In this document: piece by piece, positions 27,524-37,644 of the stretch
Layout: every line of letters starts with the position of its first letter
Numbering within the stretch: position 1 is the first letter of the stretch
Source of the DNA: an uncultured Porphyromonadaceae bacterium
GTDB lineage: Bacteria > Bacteroidota > Bacteroidia > Bacteroidales > Muribaculaceae
Direction: 5' to 3'
Assembly (NCBI GenBank): GCA_947177685.1
Contig: CAMWVE010000009.1
Coordinates: 6,041 to 70,040, forward strand
Length of the DNA stretch: 64,000 nucleotides
The notes under the pieces: model-generated
What the model saw: the letters and a program-made list of their open reading frames with translations, nothing else
Databases searched by the model: none
What the model was told of the DNA's origin: nothing
Made by a program: the position numbers and the translations under genes

Positions 27524-28738
27524 TCAATCCTGAGATTTCACCAACTTCGCATCAATAAGCAACTGTGACTGTATTCTTAAAGATTTAGCCAACCCAACGG
27601 GTGTGTAGTTTTTAAAAATCTGCATGGGGTCAACCGATTTTCCGTCGCCAAGTCTATATGGGTCTTTGTTGTACCACTCAATAAACGCGTCGAACGGAGC
27701 GCTGTCGGCTGAATACCACTCACTGAACTCCTCAGGGAAATTCAGCATGAACAGGAAGTAATTGTAGGCTTCCCAGTGCCCGGCATCAATGATCTTTTTC
27801 TGGAATTCAAGCAAATACATGGAATTGCCATAAAGATTGTCCGTGACTGCGAAGTATGTTTCCACCAGACCTTTCCGTAGTTCAATCAGTTGTGACAGAC
27901 TGCCGGTGAACGGCACTTTCTCTTTAAACATTTTCATCAACGGCTGACCGATAGCCCCCTCATAAATCCCCGGAAAGTCGAGATAGACATTCTTCATTTT
28001 TTCATCAACTTTCATGTCGCGGGCTGACACGAGATTCACTGAAACAGTGGGTTTGTCGCCATAGCTCAGTTTTATATTTTCTTTCAGGCATGCCGCAATC
28101 AAGCCCGCCATCTGCTCATGGCGCTTTTCATCGGACGGAGCCAGCAGAATAGCTGTTTCGGCATAAACCAATCCCCACACCTTGCCATTCTCCGATGCAA
28201 AGTAAAGGTTTGCAGCCCTGAAATAGTTCGAGGCAAAATCAGGCTGAACCAGAATACCCTGATTGTAGTATTCCAATGCTTTATTATAGTCACCGTCAAG
28301 CAAAGAAACCGTGCCTAATTCCAAGTATAATGAGCCGCTTTCCGGAAATTTTTTAATCCCTTCACGATATGTTTTTGCAGCCATCTTCCTGTTACCGTTC
28401 AGGTCATACGCATTTCCGATAAGCTGAAATGTGCGTTCATTGGCACTCTTCTGCTTAAGCAGGAACTTACCTTCCTTGATTACGTCAGCATAGCGTCCGA
28501 GCATATAAAGATTATATGCCCGCTCATAACGCACCAGATAATTATCGGGATATTTCTTGACAAGATAGTCGAAGTCAGGCATGACCGCATCTGACAGACC
28601 ATCGTCAACAAGCTTCACTGTCTTGGAGAGCAATTCCTGATCTTCGGGACTGAGTGCCTTGAAATCTTCTTCCGTTGTCTGAGCAAAAGCCAATATGCCA
28701 CACATCAAAAATAATATTCCTGAAATCCACTGTTTCAT
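27524..28738 (-). CDS. TPR-repeat protein with signal peptide
   Basis: MKQWISGILFLMCGILAFAQ signal. Repeated A..Y..G/A..Y...G.Y..A 34-residue-like units (YERAYNLYMLGRYADV, GNAYDLNGNRKMAAKTYREGI, LELGTVSLLDGDYNKALEYYNQGI). The track start 28744 is a GTG; the ATG is at 28738. Confidence 0.7.
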   Translation of the reverse strand: MKQWISGILFLMCGILAFAQTTEEDFKALSPEDQELLSKTVKLVDDGLSDAVMPDFDYLVKKYPDNYLVRYERAYNLYMLGRYADVIKEGKFLLKQKSANERTFQLIGNAYDLNGNRKMAAKTYREGIKKFPESGSLYLELGTVSLLDGDYNKALEYYNQGILVQPDFASNYFRAANLYFASENGKVWGLVYAETAILLAPSDEKRHEQMAGLIAACLKENIKLSYGDKPTVSVNLVSARDMKVDEKMKNVYLDFPGIYEGAIGQPLMKMFKEKVPFTGSLSQLIELRKGLVETYFAVTDNLYGNSMYLLEFQKKIIDAGHWEAYNYFLFMLNFPEEFSEWYSADSAPFDAFIEWYNKDPYRLGDGKSVDPMQIFKNYTPVGLAKSLRIQSQLLIDAKLVKSQD

Positions 28739-28949
28739 AACCACTGATGTTTTAAGTTAAAAGTCAATTCACAAATATACAAATAATTATTAGATATGAC
28801 CATAACCTTACCAAATTTTCTCGCCACATACAACATCCGAAAAAACATAGGACAGTACTTACTGAAAATAACTCGCAACATTTTATTGTGCTAAATGGAT
28901 AAGTTTGTCAACTTTTGAGTAATTTTGCAGAAATTTCAAATCAATCGCG

Positions 28950-29747
28950 ATGTCAATCTTTAAGAAAATAACGGTGATCGGCGCCGGGAATATGGGTTCT
29001 GCCATTGCCGCCGGATTAGTGAAATATTCCGATTCTGAAATATGCCTTGCAAACCGTTCGGAAGGGCGCCTGACAAACTTCATGAACGCTTACGGCAATT
29101 ATTCTAACTTCAAGGTAACCACCGATCTTGCTGATTCGGTCAAAGGATCGTCGCTCGTGGTGCTGGCTGTCAAGCCTTGGGCAGTAAAGGATGTTACGGA
29201 TCAGATCAGGGAAAACCTTCAGGAAGATTCGGTGGTTGTTTCTGTGGCTGCCGGAATAAGTATCGCTGACCTGAAAATGATGATTGACCGAAGCTCTGTG
29301 GGTGTAATCTACATGATTCCCAACACCGCGCTGCAGGTGGGCAAAGGGATGACGTTTGCCACTGCTTCGGGAGTCGAGGATGCAAAGATTGATGCTATTC
29401 ACAGACTTTTCGCTCCGCTGACCCGACTGAAATTTATCGACGAAGCTAAGATGGGAGCTGCAACCGCCCTCTGTTCATGCGGCATTGCTTACGTCTACAA
29501 GTTCATAGCCGCCGCAGCGCAGGCAGGTGTGGAACTCGGATTCTCCTACGATGAAGCCGTTGACTATTTCACTGCAACAGTCAGCGGTGCCACGGCAGTC
29601 ATAGAGTCGTCTGACCTGACGCTCCAGCAGCTTGTCAATGCCGTGACCACTCCCGGAGGAATGACTATCCGCGGGGTTAACGAACTTGAACGCAAAGGAT
29701 TCACAGCCGCTGTGATTGACTCCATAATTAGTCCGTTGAAAAAATGA
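28950..29747 (+). CDS. proC: pyrroline-5-carboxylate reductase
   Basis: ITVIGAGNMGSAIAAGL Rossmann motif. VTTPGGMTIRGVNELERKGF C-terminal signature. A TAATTTTG -7 box lies at 28920-28927. Confidence 0.9.
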   Translation: MSIFKKITVIGAGNMGSAIAAGLVKYSDSEICLANRSEGRLTNFMNAYGNYSNFKVTTDLADSVKGSSLVVLAVKPWAVKDVTDQIRENLQEDSVVVSVAAGISIADLKMMIDRSSVGVIYMIPNTALQVGKGMTFATASGVEDAKIDAIHRLFAPLTRLKFIDEAKMGAATALCSCGIAYVYKFIAAAAQAGVELGFSYDEAVDYFTATVSGATAVIESSDLTLQQLVNAVTTPGGMTIRGVNELERKGFTAAVIDSIISPLKK

Positions 29748-30847
29748 GCCGTTATAAAAGAATCACAGTCAAAATAGGCAGTAACGTGCTGACGCGCGCA
29801 GACGGCACGCTCGACGTGACACGCCTGTCGTCGTTGGTCGACCAGATTGCCGAACTTCGGGCTGCCGGAATGGAGGTAATAGTCATTTCGTCAGGTGCCG
29901 TGGCATGCGGACGTTCGGAACTCAAAGGGCTCAACACAGCGCGCCTCGATGATGTAGACCGCCGGCAGCTGTTTTCAGGTGTGGGTCAGGCAAAACTGAT
30001 CAACAGATATTATGACCTGTTTCGCGAACACGGCATAATCGTGGGTCAGGTGCTGACGCTGAAGGAGAGTTTCGCCACCCGGCGGCACTACCTCAACCAG
30101 CGTAATTGCATGCTGACTATGCTTGACAACGGTGTCATACCCATAGTCAACGAGAACGACACCGTTTCGGTCACCGAGCTGATGTTTACCGACAACGACG
30201 AACTGTCAGGGCTGGTTGCCGCCATGCTCGATTGCGAGGCGCTCATTATCCTCAGCAACATTGACGGCATCTATAACGGCGACCCTAAATCGGCTGATTC
30301 AAGGGTCATTGAATCCGTCGACCCACGGCGTGATCTCTCGGATTACATCCGCACCGAGCGTTCAGGCTTCGGGCGTGGCGGCATGGTCACAAAATACCGC
30401 ATCGCCCGCAAAGTTGCCGATGAGGGCATAGAAGTAATCATTGCTAACGGTAAGAAGGATGACATTCTCACCCACCTGCTGCTCGAAGGTCGCGAACGCC
30501 CTGTCTGCACACGTTTCTCGCCGTCGGAAAACCCTACCTCGAGCATGAAGCGATGGATTGCCCACAGCGTAGGGTTCGCCAAGGGCAGAATCCTGATTGA
30601 CTCCAACGCCGAGGAAGCGGTTCTCTCAACCCATGCGGCATCGATTCTCCCGGTTGGTGTTACGGCGGTCGAAGGCGAATTCGAACGCGATGATCTTGTC
30701 AGGGTCGTCAGCGATGCCACCGGTCAGGTTCTCGGCGTAGGGCGCGTCGCATATAACTCCGATGAGGCGCGCGCGTTCATAGGACAACGCGGTGCCCGCC
30801 CAATGGTCCATTACGACTATCTTTACATTGATTTTCCAAAAAGCTGA
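29744..30847 (+). CDS. proB: glutamate 5-kinase (with C-terminal PUA domain)
   Basis: [40 protein letters not shown], and a PUA-like tail [13 protein letters not shown]...GDLVRV. ATGA overlap with proC. Confidence 0.92.
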   Translation: MSRYKRITVKIGSNVLTRADGTLDVTRLSSLVDQIAELRAAGMEVIVISSGAVACGRSELKGLNTARLDDVDRRQLFSGVGQAKLINRYYDLFREHGIIVGQVLTLKESFATRRHYLNQRNCMLTMLDNGVIPIVNENDTVSVTELMFTDNDELSGLVAAMLDCEALIILSNIDGIYNGDPKSADSRVIESVDPRRDLSDYIRTERSGFGRGGMVTKYRIARKVADEGIEVIIANGKKDDILTHLLLEGRERPVCTRFSPSENPTSSMKRWIAHSVGFAKGRILIDSNAEEAVLSTHAASILPVGVTAVEGEFERDDLVRVVSDATGQVLGVGRVAYNSDEARAFIGQRGARPMVHYDYLYIDFPKS

Positions 30848-30854
30848 AACCAAT

Positions 30855-32105
30855 ATGTCAACAGATATAACCCCCATGTTGCAGGCTGCCAGAACAGCTT
30901 CGCGACACCTCAATTCAATGACCGACGATGAACGCGCGGCAATAATCACCGAAGTAGCCGACCACCTTGAACAATCCATCCCGGCTATTCTTGAAGCCAA
31001 CAAAAAAGATTTGTCGCGGATGGACCCGTCAAATCCGAAATACGACCGTCTGGCTCTGACTGCCGACAGGATAAAGGCTATTGCTGCCGATACGCGACAT
31101 GTAGCGTCACTCCCCTCCCCCCTCGGACAGCTTGAACAGCGGGTGCTACCCAATGGTCTGGTGTTGACGAAACAGGCAGTGCCGTTTGGTGTCATCGGCG
31201 TTATCTACGAGGCACGCCCCAATGTTTCAGCCGATGTCTTTTCGCTATGCTTTAAAGTAGGGAATGCCGTTGTCCTCAAAGGGGGCAGCGACGCATCGGA
31301 CTCAAATACAGCCATCGTTGAAGTCATCCATTCCGTATTGGAAAAACATGGGGTCGACAAAGCAGCGGCAACACTGCTTCCTTCAACACACGAAGCCACC
31401 GCGCAACTGCTGCAGGCACGCGGGCTGGTTGACCTGCTGATTCCGCGCGGCTCACGTCGTCTCATCGACCGCGTCCGTGAGGAAGCCCGTATTCCGGTCA
31501 TAGAAACAGGAGCCGGAGTGTGCCACACTTTCATAGACCGGTCAGCCGACACAGCCATGGCTACCGCTATTGTCAACAACGGCAAGACCCGTCGCGTCAG
31601 CGTGTGCAACGCGCTGGACTGTGCCATAGTTCATGAGTCGCGACTCAGCGACCTCCCTGCCATCGTGGCTCCGCTCACCGAAAATAAGGTTGTAATATGG
31701 GCAGACGAGCCGTCATACAACGCTCTGGCGAACCACTATCCTGCGGAATTGTTGCGCCATGCTACCGATGAACAATTCGGAACCGAGTTTCTTGACTACG
31801 CCATGTCAATCAAGACCGTCAGCTCTGTTGAAAGAGCCATCGAACACATAAACCACTATGGTTCAGGGCACTCCGAAGCCATAGTCACTGCCGACGACAG
31901 CTCCGCATCGCTGTTCCGTCGCGACGTTGATGCAGCCTGTGTCTATGTCAACGCACCCACCTCCTTCACCGACGGCGCCCAGTTCGGACTTGGCGCGGAA
32001 ATAGGCATCTCCACCCAGAAGCTCCATGCCCGCGGTCCCATGGCACTGCGTGAAATCACCACCTACAAATGGCTCATCGACGGCAACGGACAAACCCGCC
32101 CGTGA
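30855..32105 (+). CDS. proA: glutamate-5-semialdehyde dehydrogenase (gamma-glutamyl phosphate reductase)
   Basis: The ATG at 30855 gives [61 protein letters not shown]. Confidence 0.9.
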   Translation: MSTDITPMLQAARTASRHLNSMTDDERAAIITEVADHLEQSIPAILEANKKDLSRMDPSNPKYDRLALTADRIKAIAADTRHVASLPSPLGQLEQRVLPNGLVLTKQAVPFGVIGVIYEARPNVSADVFSLCFKVGNAVVLKGGSDASDSNTAIVEVIHSVLEKHGVDKAAATLLPSTHEATAQLLQARGLVDLLIPRGSRRLIDRVREEARIPVIETGAGVCHTFIDRSADTAMATAIVNNGKTRRVSVCNALDCAIVHESRLSDLPAIVAPLTENKVVIWADEPSYNALANHYPAELLRHATDEQFGTEFLDYAMSIKTVSSVERAIEHINHYGSGHSEAIVTADDSSASLFRRDVDAACVYVNAPTSFTDGAQFGLGAEIGISTQKLHARGPMALREITTYKWLIDGNGQTRP

Positions 32106-32122
32106 CATTTAATATTACTGCA

Positions 32123-35100
32123 TTAATTTCTTTTTGTAAGCGATAAATCAACCATTAATACGGCATTTTCTTCTTGTAATGAACCTTTCGGGCGCCACGC
32201 CACAATAAAACGTATTGAAGCAGAACTAACCTTATAGCCCCTATCATTCCATTCCTGAAGCTCATTTTGCATCTTTTGTGAAAGTTGAGCAAGTGGCTTA
32301 TGCCCATTACATTCATAAAGATAGTTGTCGGCAAAACGAAGTTTTTGACCTGCCCTAAGGGCGAGTATCTCATTCTTTCGTTCTTTGAAAAATCCAAGAT
32401 TTACATCCTTATATGACAACTGTAGAACAATCTCATCGGGCATTCCGTATTGATCCTGATATATAATACGCTCATCCACCGGTATACCTTCAAAAAGAGA
32501 TGAATTCGTGTGAATAAACAATCGTTCTTTTGCTCTGGTTATCCCCACATAAAATCGCCGCATATCTTTATCCTGAATGATCTGAGGCTCATTTATTAGC
32601 ATGTAAACATCATCGAACTCACGTCCTTTAGACTTATGAATTGTAGAAACCACAACATCAGCATCGGATAAATCACAAAAATCCTCAATTGTTGATTCAA
32701 ATACAAATTCCTTAAAATCTGTGAGATACTTTGCTTTGTTTGTCTGTTCAAACAAAGAGATACAACGTTGCAGATAAGGAAGGCTCGTGGACTCAGCATA
32801 CATGGAGAATGTCTTTTGTTTAGCCTTGTCCCATAGTTCATCCGTAATTAACTGCGTTTGAGTGGCATGTTCCAATTGTTTAATAAACATCCTCGCTTCT
32901 GCCAGATTCCAAAACCGTAATCCGTTCATATTCTGCACCAGCTTGCTGTTTAATCCATGCTTTCTCAACAATGCTACAAGAATTACCGCATCCTCATTGG
33001 TCTGTGTCAAAACACACACAGATCCCATACGCCGATGTTTCAGTATATCTTCGACAAGAGGCTGGTACATTATCTTGGAAACATGATAGCGTAAGAACAC
33101 AGATCCTTTCTTATTGTTAATAGAAATAATCGGATCTGTTTTCATTCGTTCCTCTATTCTGCTGACGAAAGCATTTGCAAAATCAATCACATGACGTGAA
33201 CTGCGGTAGTTCTCGGTCATTTCAATAAATCGTGAACCGGATTCCTTTAGTAACTGTTTCATGTACTTCGGATCAGAACCACGGAATTCAAATATGTTTT
33301 GATCATCATCACCAACTGCAATAACACGCATCTCATCGTTGAATGATATAAGGGCATGAAGCAGCGCATACTCTCTTTCACTCATATCTTGCGCTTCATC
33401 TATTACCAAAACCGTCTTGGCAATACGATTTGGCTCCACATCTCCATTCACAATCATCTGAGCTGCCCTTGTCACTACATCTTTTGCCCCATCCAGACTA
33501 CCAATTTCACCCAACAAATCAAAACAATAGGAATGGAATGTCTTGATTTCAACAAAGTGGGCTGCATTTCCGATAAGTTCCAATAGTCTCTGCTTGAACT
33601 CTGTGGCTGCGGCACGCGAAAATGTAAGCATCAATAACTGCTCATGCTTAACATCCTCAAGCATGAGCAACGATGCAAGTTTATGTACCAACACACGCGT
33701 TTTTCCACTGCCGGGTCCTGCTGCCACCACTATACAGCGAGATTCCTTATCAGAAATAATCTCCATCTGCTTCTTTGACAAGGCTCCAAAAATATGATTA
33801 TATTTTTCAGGAGTGACGTTACGCTCAATTTCATTAGCCCGTTCTCCTTTAAAATATTTTGAAATAAAACGCCTGTAATCCATGTGGAAGTAATCATGAA
33901 CATACTGCAATGCTGCGCCATAATCCCTCACCATAAGATTAGCATATTCCCCCACAATGTGAATCTGCTGAATTTTTTGCTGGTAAAACTCACTCAGAAT
34001 GCGATAATCGCTTTGTTTATACTGGAATTTAGAATCTTTTATACGGCTGATATCCATAGCGTTATAAAGGACCATAAAACCTCCTTCAAGTTTTAATGCC
34101 CCTATCCTCGATAAATAGAGTAATGCCTCCTCAACATCTTCAAGTTGAGCATCACTCGCTGCCTCCATAAGATTATTCCCGTTTGACTTCAAGTCTTTCA
34201 ACAACTCCACTATGGAAAACTGAACTCCAATATTTTCCGATCCTTTTTCACTACCTTGCGATGCCTGATTGTATAGCCAATCAATTGTGAACTGACAAAT
34301 CATCAGTCGTTTCTCAAACTGTAACTGAAGGGTTGTCATTTCTGACTGGCATCTTAATTCAATGTTATTTATGCCATTTTCTTTTTTACGGATATAGCCT
34401 CTAACAGTGAGAAAATTTAATAAAGTTCGGATATCCTTTTCTGTCGAAATTGTTACTCCTTCTTTTTGAGCATTGTCATTAAGTTGCTTATAAGAGATAC
34501 GACATGTTTCGTTTGACAAACATACTAAAAGAAAACGTTCCAGTTTTGTGAATCGATCCAAAAGTCGTTTCGATTTATTTTCCGATACTCCGGCATCATG
34601 CAGATATACACAAAGATCTTTGGAGTCTGCAAGAATACCTTCTTGGCGCATACGAACCACATTAGAAACCACATCTTCCCTTCTGAGTCCAAGGATATCG
34701 GCAAGATAATCTATTCGCGACTCAGCCGCTACATCATGCGCTTTGCCAATATGCCTCTGTGTTATCAAGGACTTTATTATTCTAACGGCTGTTTCAATCT
34801 CATTTTTCTCAAAAAGCGTGGATTCAGTGATTCGCTGACGTGCTTCTTCCAAGTTATTTATAGTTATACCCGTAGCATAGACATGTGGCATATTATTTCC
34901 TCGCTCCAAATACCCGGCTTGCTCCAAAGCCGCCAATGCCGTGCGCACGCGAGTTTCGATATCAGACACCGAGTCATCCCAACCAGCCTGCCGCGCAATC
35001 TCCAATGCTGAACAGTTCACGCGCTTGCGATGCTTGGTTAAATCCTTCACTGCCTTCCATATCTGCTGTATTTCACTGATACTGAGCTTTGTTTGATTTA

Positions 35101-36988
35101 GAAGAATAAAATGCTTATCAAGATCCGAATCGCTATACAGTACGAAACAACGCGCTTCAAGTTGAGGGTCACGCCCTGCACGACCCGCCTCCTGAACGTA
35201 ATTCTCCAACGAGTCAGAAATATCGTAGTGTATAACCAATCCAACATCTTTTTTATCAACGCCCATTCCAAAGGCAGAAGTTGCCACAATTATTCGCACC
35301 TTGTCATTCATGAAGGCGTCCTGATTGGCAATCTTATCATCCACATCCATCTTGCCATCGAATGGCAATGCCTTGTAACCATCAAGTGTGAGTTTTGCAG
35401 CTAATTGTCTTGTACGTTTGGTGCGAGAAACATACACTATTGTAGGTGATGATGATTCAGCTATCAGTGAACGTAATTTCAAATATTTATCCTCTTCCGT
35501 GTCTACATGTATCACCGAATAACGCAGGTTAGTTCGAGCAGCTGACGAAGCAAAAATCTGAAGTTCAATATTGAGCATATTTTTAAAGTAATCACAGATG
35601 TCCTGTATTACCTTTTGCTTAGCGGTTGCAGTGAAACATGAAACTGGTATTGAACTACAACCTTTTTTCTTCTGATATTGCCTGATAAACTTTCCTATAT
35701 ACAGGTAATCCACCCTAAAATCCTGTCCCCAAGATGAAAAACAATGAGCTTCATCTATTACAATACGAACTAAATGGCGTGCAAGCAATATTTTTTCAAT
35801 CGTCTTTGAACGAAGCATCTCCGGAGAAATGTATAACAACGTGGCATCTCCATCCATAACGCGCCTTATAGCTTCTGCACGACTGATGGGATCCAACAAA
35901 CCATTGATTGTGACTGCGTCAGTTATACCTCTCTCTGCCAAATTATCCACCTGATCTTTCATTAGAGATTGCAGTGGTGATATAACAACCGTAAGACCAT
36001 GAACCAAACGACCTTCCATTAAAGCTGGTAACTGGAATGTCAACGATTTGCCACCACCCGTAGGAAAAACAGCTAAAAGTGATTTATGCTCTGCAGCCGC
36101 ACGAACAGCGTTTTCCTGCAGCGGTTCTCCATCATAAGTCCTGAACTTCTCAAAACCAAAAAAACGTTTGAGATTAACATGCACGTCAAGTTCTTTGTTG
36201 CAATAATAACACCCTTCGCTACATTTAGTATTCCTGAGAAGTCGCACCAGATTTTCTACATTCGGATAATTGTGCAGAACCCATGCTGGTGTTATAGACC
36301 GGTAATCAGTGGTATCAATCAATGCAAGCGCGTATGCCAGCTCACATGGATAATGCTTAATTGCACTTTCTATATCTGCATGTTGGCAAATCTTATCTTT
36401 ATACTCTGATCGAATCTGCGCTGCCAACGACTCTCTATTCCCTACTTTTGCATTAACGAAAGCCAAGAATCCTTTGAATTCATCCTGATCTTGGAGTAAG
36501 GTTGAAAATATCATCTGCATAGAATCAGGTAATTCTTTCCAATGCTCCACCTCTTCCATCAACAAATCTCGGGCTTTTTCACAATCGTTGACAGGATTGT
36601 TTAAATGTTCGACCTCCAACTTGTCATCCTTTACCAACCGATGATACGGACGTTCAGGGAATAGCAGCGGTGATAAATACAGAGTATCTACCAACTTATA
36701 ATCATTAGCATTGTCTCCAAACAAATACTTGGCATCATGATGGATAATGTTATGTCCGCAAACAAACTCCACATCATTAAGGAAAATAATCAACTCCCGC
36801 TTATTTGGGGAATGAAACACCGCACCATCCCATCTGATTGCCCCTATATCATGAATCTTTTTATCCCACAATCCAACCTCAGCATCGACAAAACTATAAC
36901 GTAAAGAATCCGAAGATTCTTTGCTCAAATTAGACAGTCTGTTTTCTGTTCCTGTTATGGTTTCGATTATTTTATTCCAAAAAGACAT
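32123..36988 (-). CDS. 1621-aa fusion protein: DEDD-like 3'-5' exonuclease + RecQ-family SF2 helicase + UvrD/PcrA-like SF1 helicase
   Basis: aa 35-37 FVDAEV and aa 78-85 GHNIIHHD (Exo I/II-like). aa 308-315 FPTGGGKS, 411-415 IDEAH, 569-607 ATSAFGMGVDK...YVQEAGRAGRD (RecQ motifs I, II, V, VI). aa 1088-1097 VAAGPGSGKT, 1195-1200 VIDEAQ, 1259-1262 ENYR, 1449-1458 TIHKSKGREF, 1481-1487 VGITRAK (UvrD motifs). Confidence 0.85.
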   Translation of the reverse strand: MSFWNKIIETITGTENRLSNLSKESSDSLRYSFVDAEVGLWDKKIHDIGAIRWDGAVFHSPNKRELIIFLNDVEFVCGHNIIHHDAKYLFGDNANDYKLVDTLYLSPLLFPERPYHRLVKDDKLEVEHLNNPVNDCEKARDLLMEEVEHWKELPDSMQMIFSTLLQDQDEFKGFLAFVNAKVGNRESLAAQIRSEYKDKICQHADIESAIKHYPCELAYALALIDTTDYRSITPAWVLHNYPNVENLVRLLRNTKCSEGCYYCNKELDVHVNLKRFFGFEKFRTYDGEPLQENAVRAAAEHKSLLAVFPTGGGKSLTFQLPALMEGRLVHGLTVVISPLQSLMKDQVDNLAERGITDAVTINGLLDPISRAEAIRRVMDGDATLLYISPEMLRSKTIEKILLARHLVRIVIDEAHCFSSWGQDFRVDYLYIGKFIRQYQKKKGCSSIPVSCFTATAKQKVIQDICDYFKNMLNIELQIFASSAARTNLRYSVIHVDTEEDKYLKLRSLIAESSSPTIVYVSRTKRTRQLAAKLTLDGYKALPFDGKMDVDDKIANQDAFMNDKVRIIVATSAFGMGVDKKDVGLVIHYDISDSLENYVQEAGRAGRDPQLEARCFVLYSDSDLDKHFILLNQTKLSISEIQQIWKAVKDLTKHRKRVNCSALEIARQAGWDDSVSDIETRVRTALAALEQAGYLERGNNMPHVYATGITINNLEEARQRITESTLFEKNEIETAVRIIKSLITQRHIGKAHDVAAESRIDYLADILGLRREDVVSNVVRMRQEGILADSKDLCVYLHDAGVSENKSKRLLDRFTKLERFLLVCLSNETCRISYKQLNDNAQKEGVTISTEKDIRTLLNFLTVRGYIRKKENGINNIELRCQSEMTTLQLQFEKRLMICQFTIDWLYNQASQGSEKGSENIGVQFSIVELLKDLKSNGNNLMEAASDAQLEDVEEALLYLSRIGALKLEGGFMVLYNAMDISRIKDSKFQYKQSDYRILSEFYQQKIQQIHIVGEYANLMVRDYGAALQYVHDYFHMDYRRFISKYFKGERANEIERNVTPEKYNHIFGALSKKQMEIISDKESRCIVVAAGPGSGKTRVLVHKLASLLMLEDVKHEQLLMLTFSRAAATEFKQRLLELIGNAAHFVEIKTFHSYCFDLLGEIGSLDGAKDVVTRAAQMIVNGDVEPNRIAKTVLVIDEAQDMSEREYALLHALISFNDEMRVIAVGDDDQNIFEFRGSDPKYMKQLLKESGSRFIEMTENYRSSRHVIDFANAFVSRIEERMKTDPIISINNKKGSVFLRYHVSKIMYQPLVEDILKHRRMGSVCVLTQTNEDAVILVALLRKHGLNSKLVQNMNGLRFWNLAEARMFIKQLEHATQTQLITDELWDKAKQKTFSMYAESTSLPYLQRCISLFEQTNKAKYLTDFKEFVFESTIEDFCDLSDADVVVSTIHKSKGREFDDVYMLINEPQIIQDKDMRRFYVGITRAKERLFIHTNSSLFEGIPVDERIIYQDQYGMPDEIVLQLSYKDVNLGFFKERKNEILALRAGQKLRFADNYLYECNGHKPLAQLSQKMQNELQEWNDRGYKVSSASIRFIVAWRPKGSLQEENAVLMVDLSLTKRN

Positions 36989-37208
36989 TTATCTCGTAAC
37001 TTGTAGTTTCCCATTTGATATGATAGCCATTATTTTGAGCTATGCAAATATAATGCAAAGATACAATATTATTCTGACATTCATTAGGCTTGAGATATAG
37101 ATTTTGCTACATGGAGTTCACCAGTCATAACACCAATTCTCATAAGTTTATAATACGCTTATTTTGTTGCGTTTTTAGGTATAAATTTACTATAATTCAT
37201 AAAAAAAT

Positions 37209-37242
37209 GAGTTGACTGTCGCGTATTTGCGAGGTCAACTCA
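37209..37242 (-). terminator. hairpin followed by a T-run on the minus strand (possible terminator; function uncertain)
   Basis: gagttgac ... gtcaactc 8-bp inverted arms (inner TCGC/GCGA extension). The minus strand continues ATTTTTTTAT. It lies about 400 nt downstream of the 37645 stop, so the assignment is uncertain. Confidence 0.35.
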
Positions 37243-37644
37243 TTGAAATTCTTGTAGTTGCGTAAATATGCCTTAATCAATATTCCTCTTCGTTGAAGTT
37301 GCCTGTGGATACTGGTAACTCATTGAAGGGTAATAACATATTAGAGTTGGACCTGTGAGCGGTTCGCAAGTGGTTCGTCCAAAGTTTGCTATATTTATCC
37401 ATTTTAAATGTCTAATGCTAAAGTGAGTTGTATCTATTTTTCAACCTCTTGAGGATATATTCCTAAAAGAGGTTGAACATTATCGAGTACAAATGTAGCA
37501 AAATAATTTGACACTAACAAACTTGGTTAGTACTCACATATTTATATTAAAATACAAATCACCTATAGCGTAATTTACACTATAGATGATTGTAGGTAGA
37601 TCCTTTCATATGAATGGAGAATTTTGCCCACCCTTAAAATTCTA

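Noticed and set aside
32107-32116. The 10-mer atttaatatt next to the left island edge also occurs at about 63048 near the right edge, raising the possibility of an att core.
   Set aside because: The sequence is too short and AT-rich to be significant in an AT-rich island, and the right-hand copy is more than 300 bp inside the compositional boundary.
37441-37476. 10-bp perfect stem-loop tcaacctctt ... aagaggttga in the 37.0-37.6 kb non-coding gap.
   Set aside because: It was considered as a terminator, but the T-run precedes rather than follows the stem on the plus strand, and an A-run follows it on the minus strand. No function can be assigned, so it is recorded only as structure.
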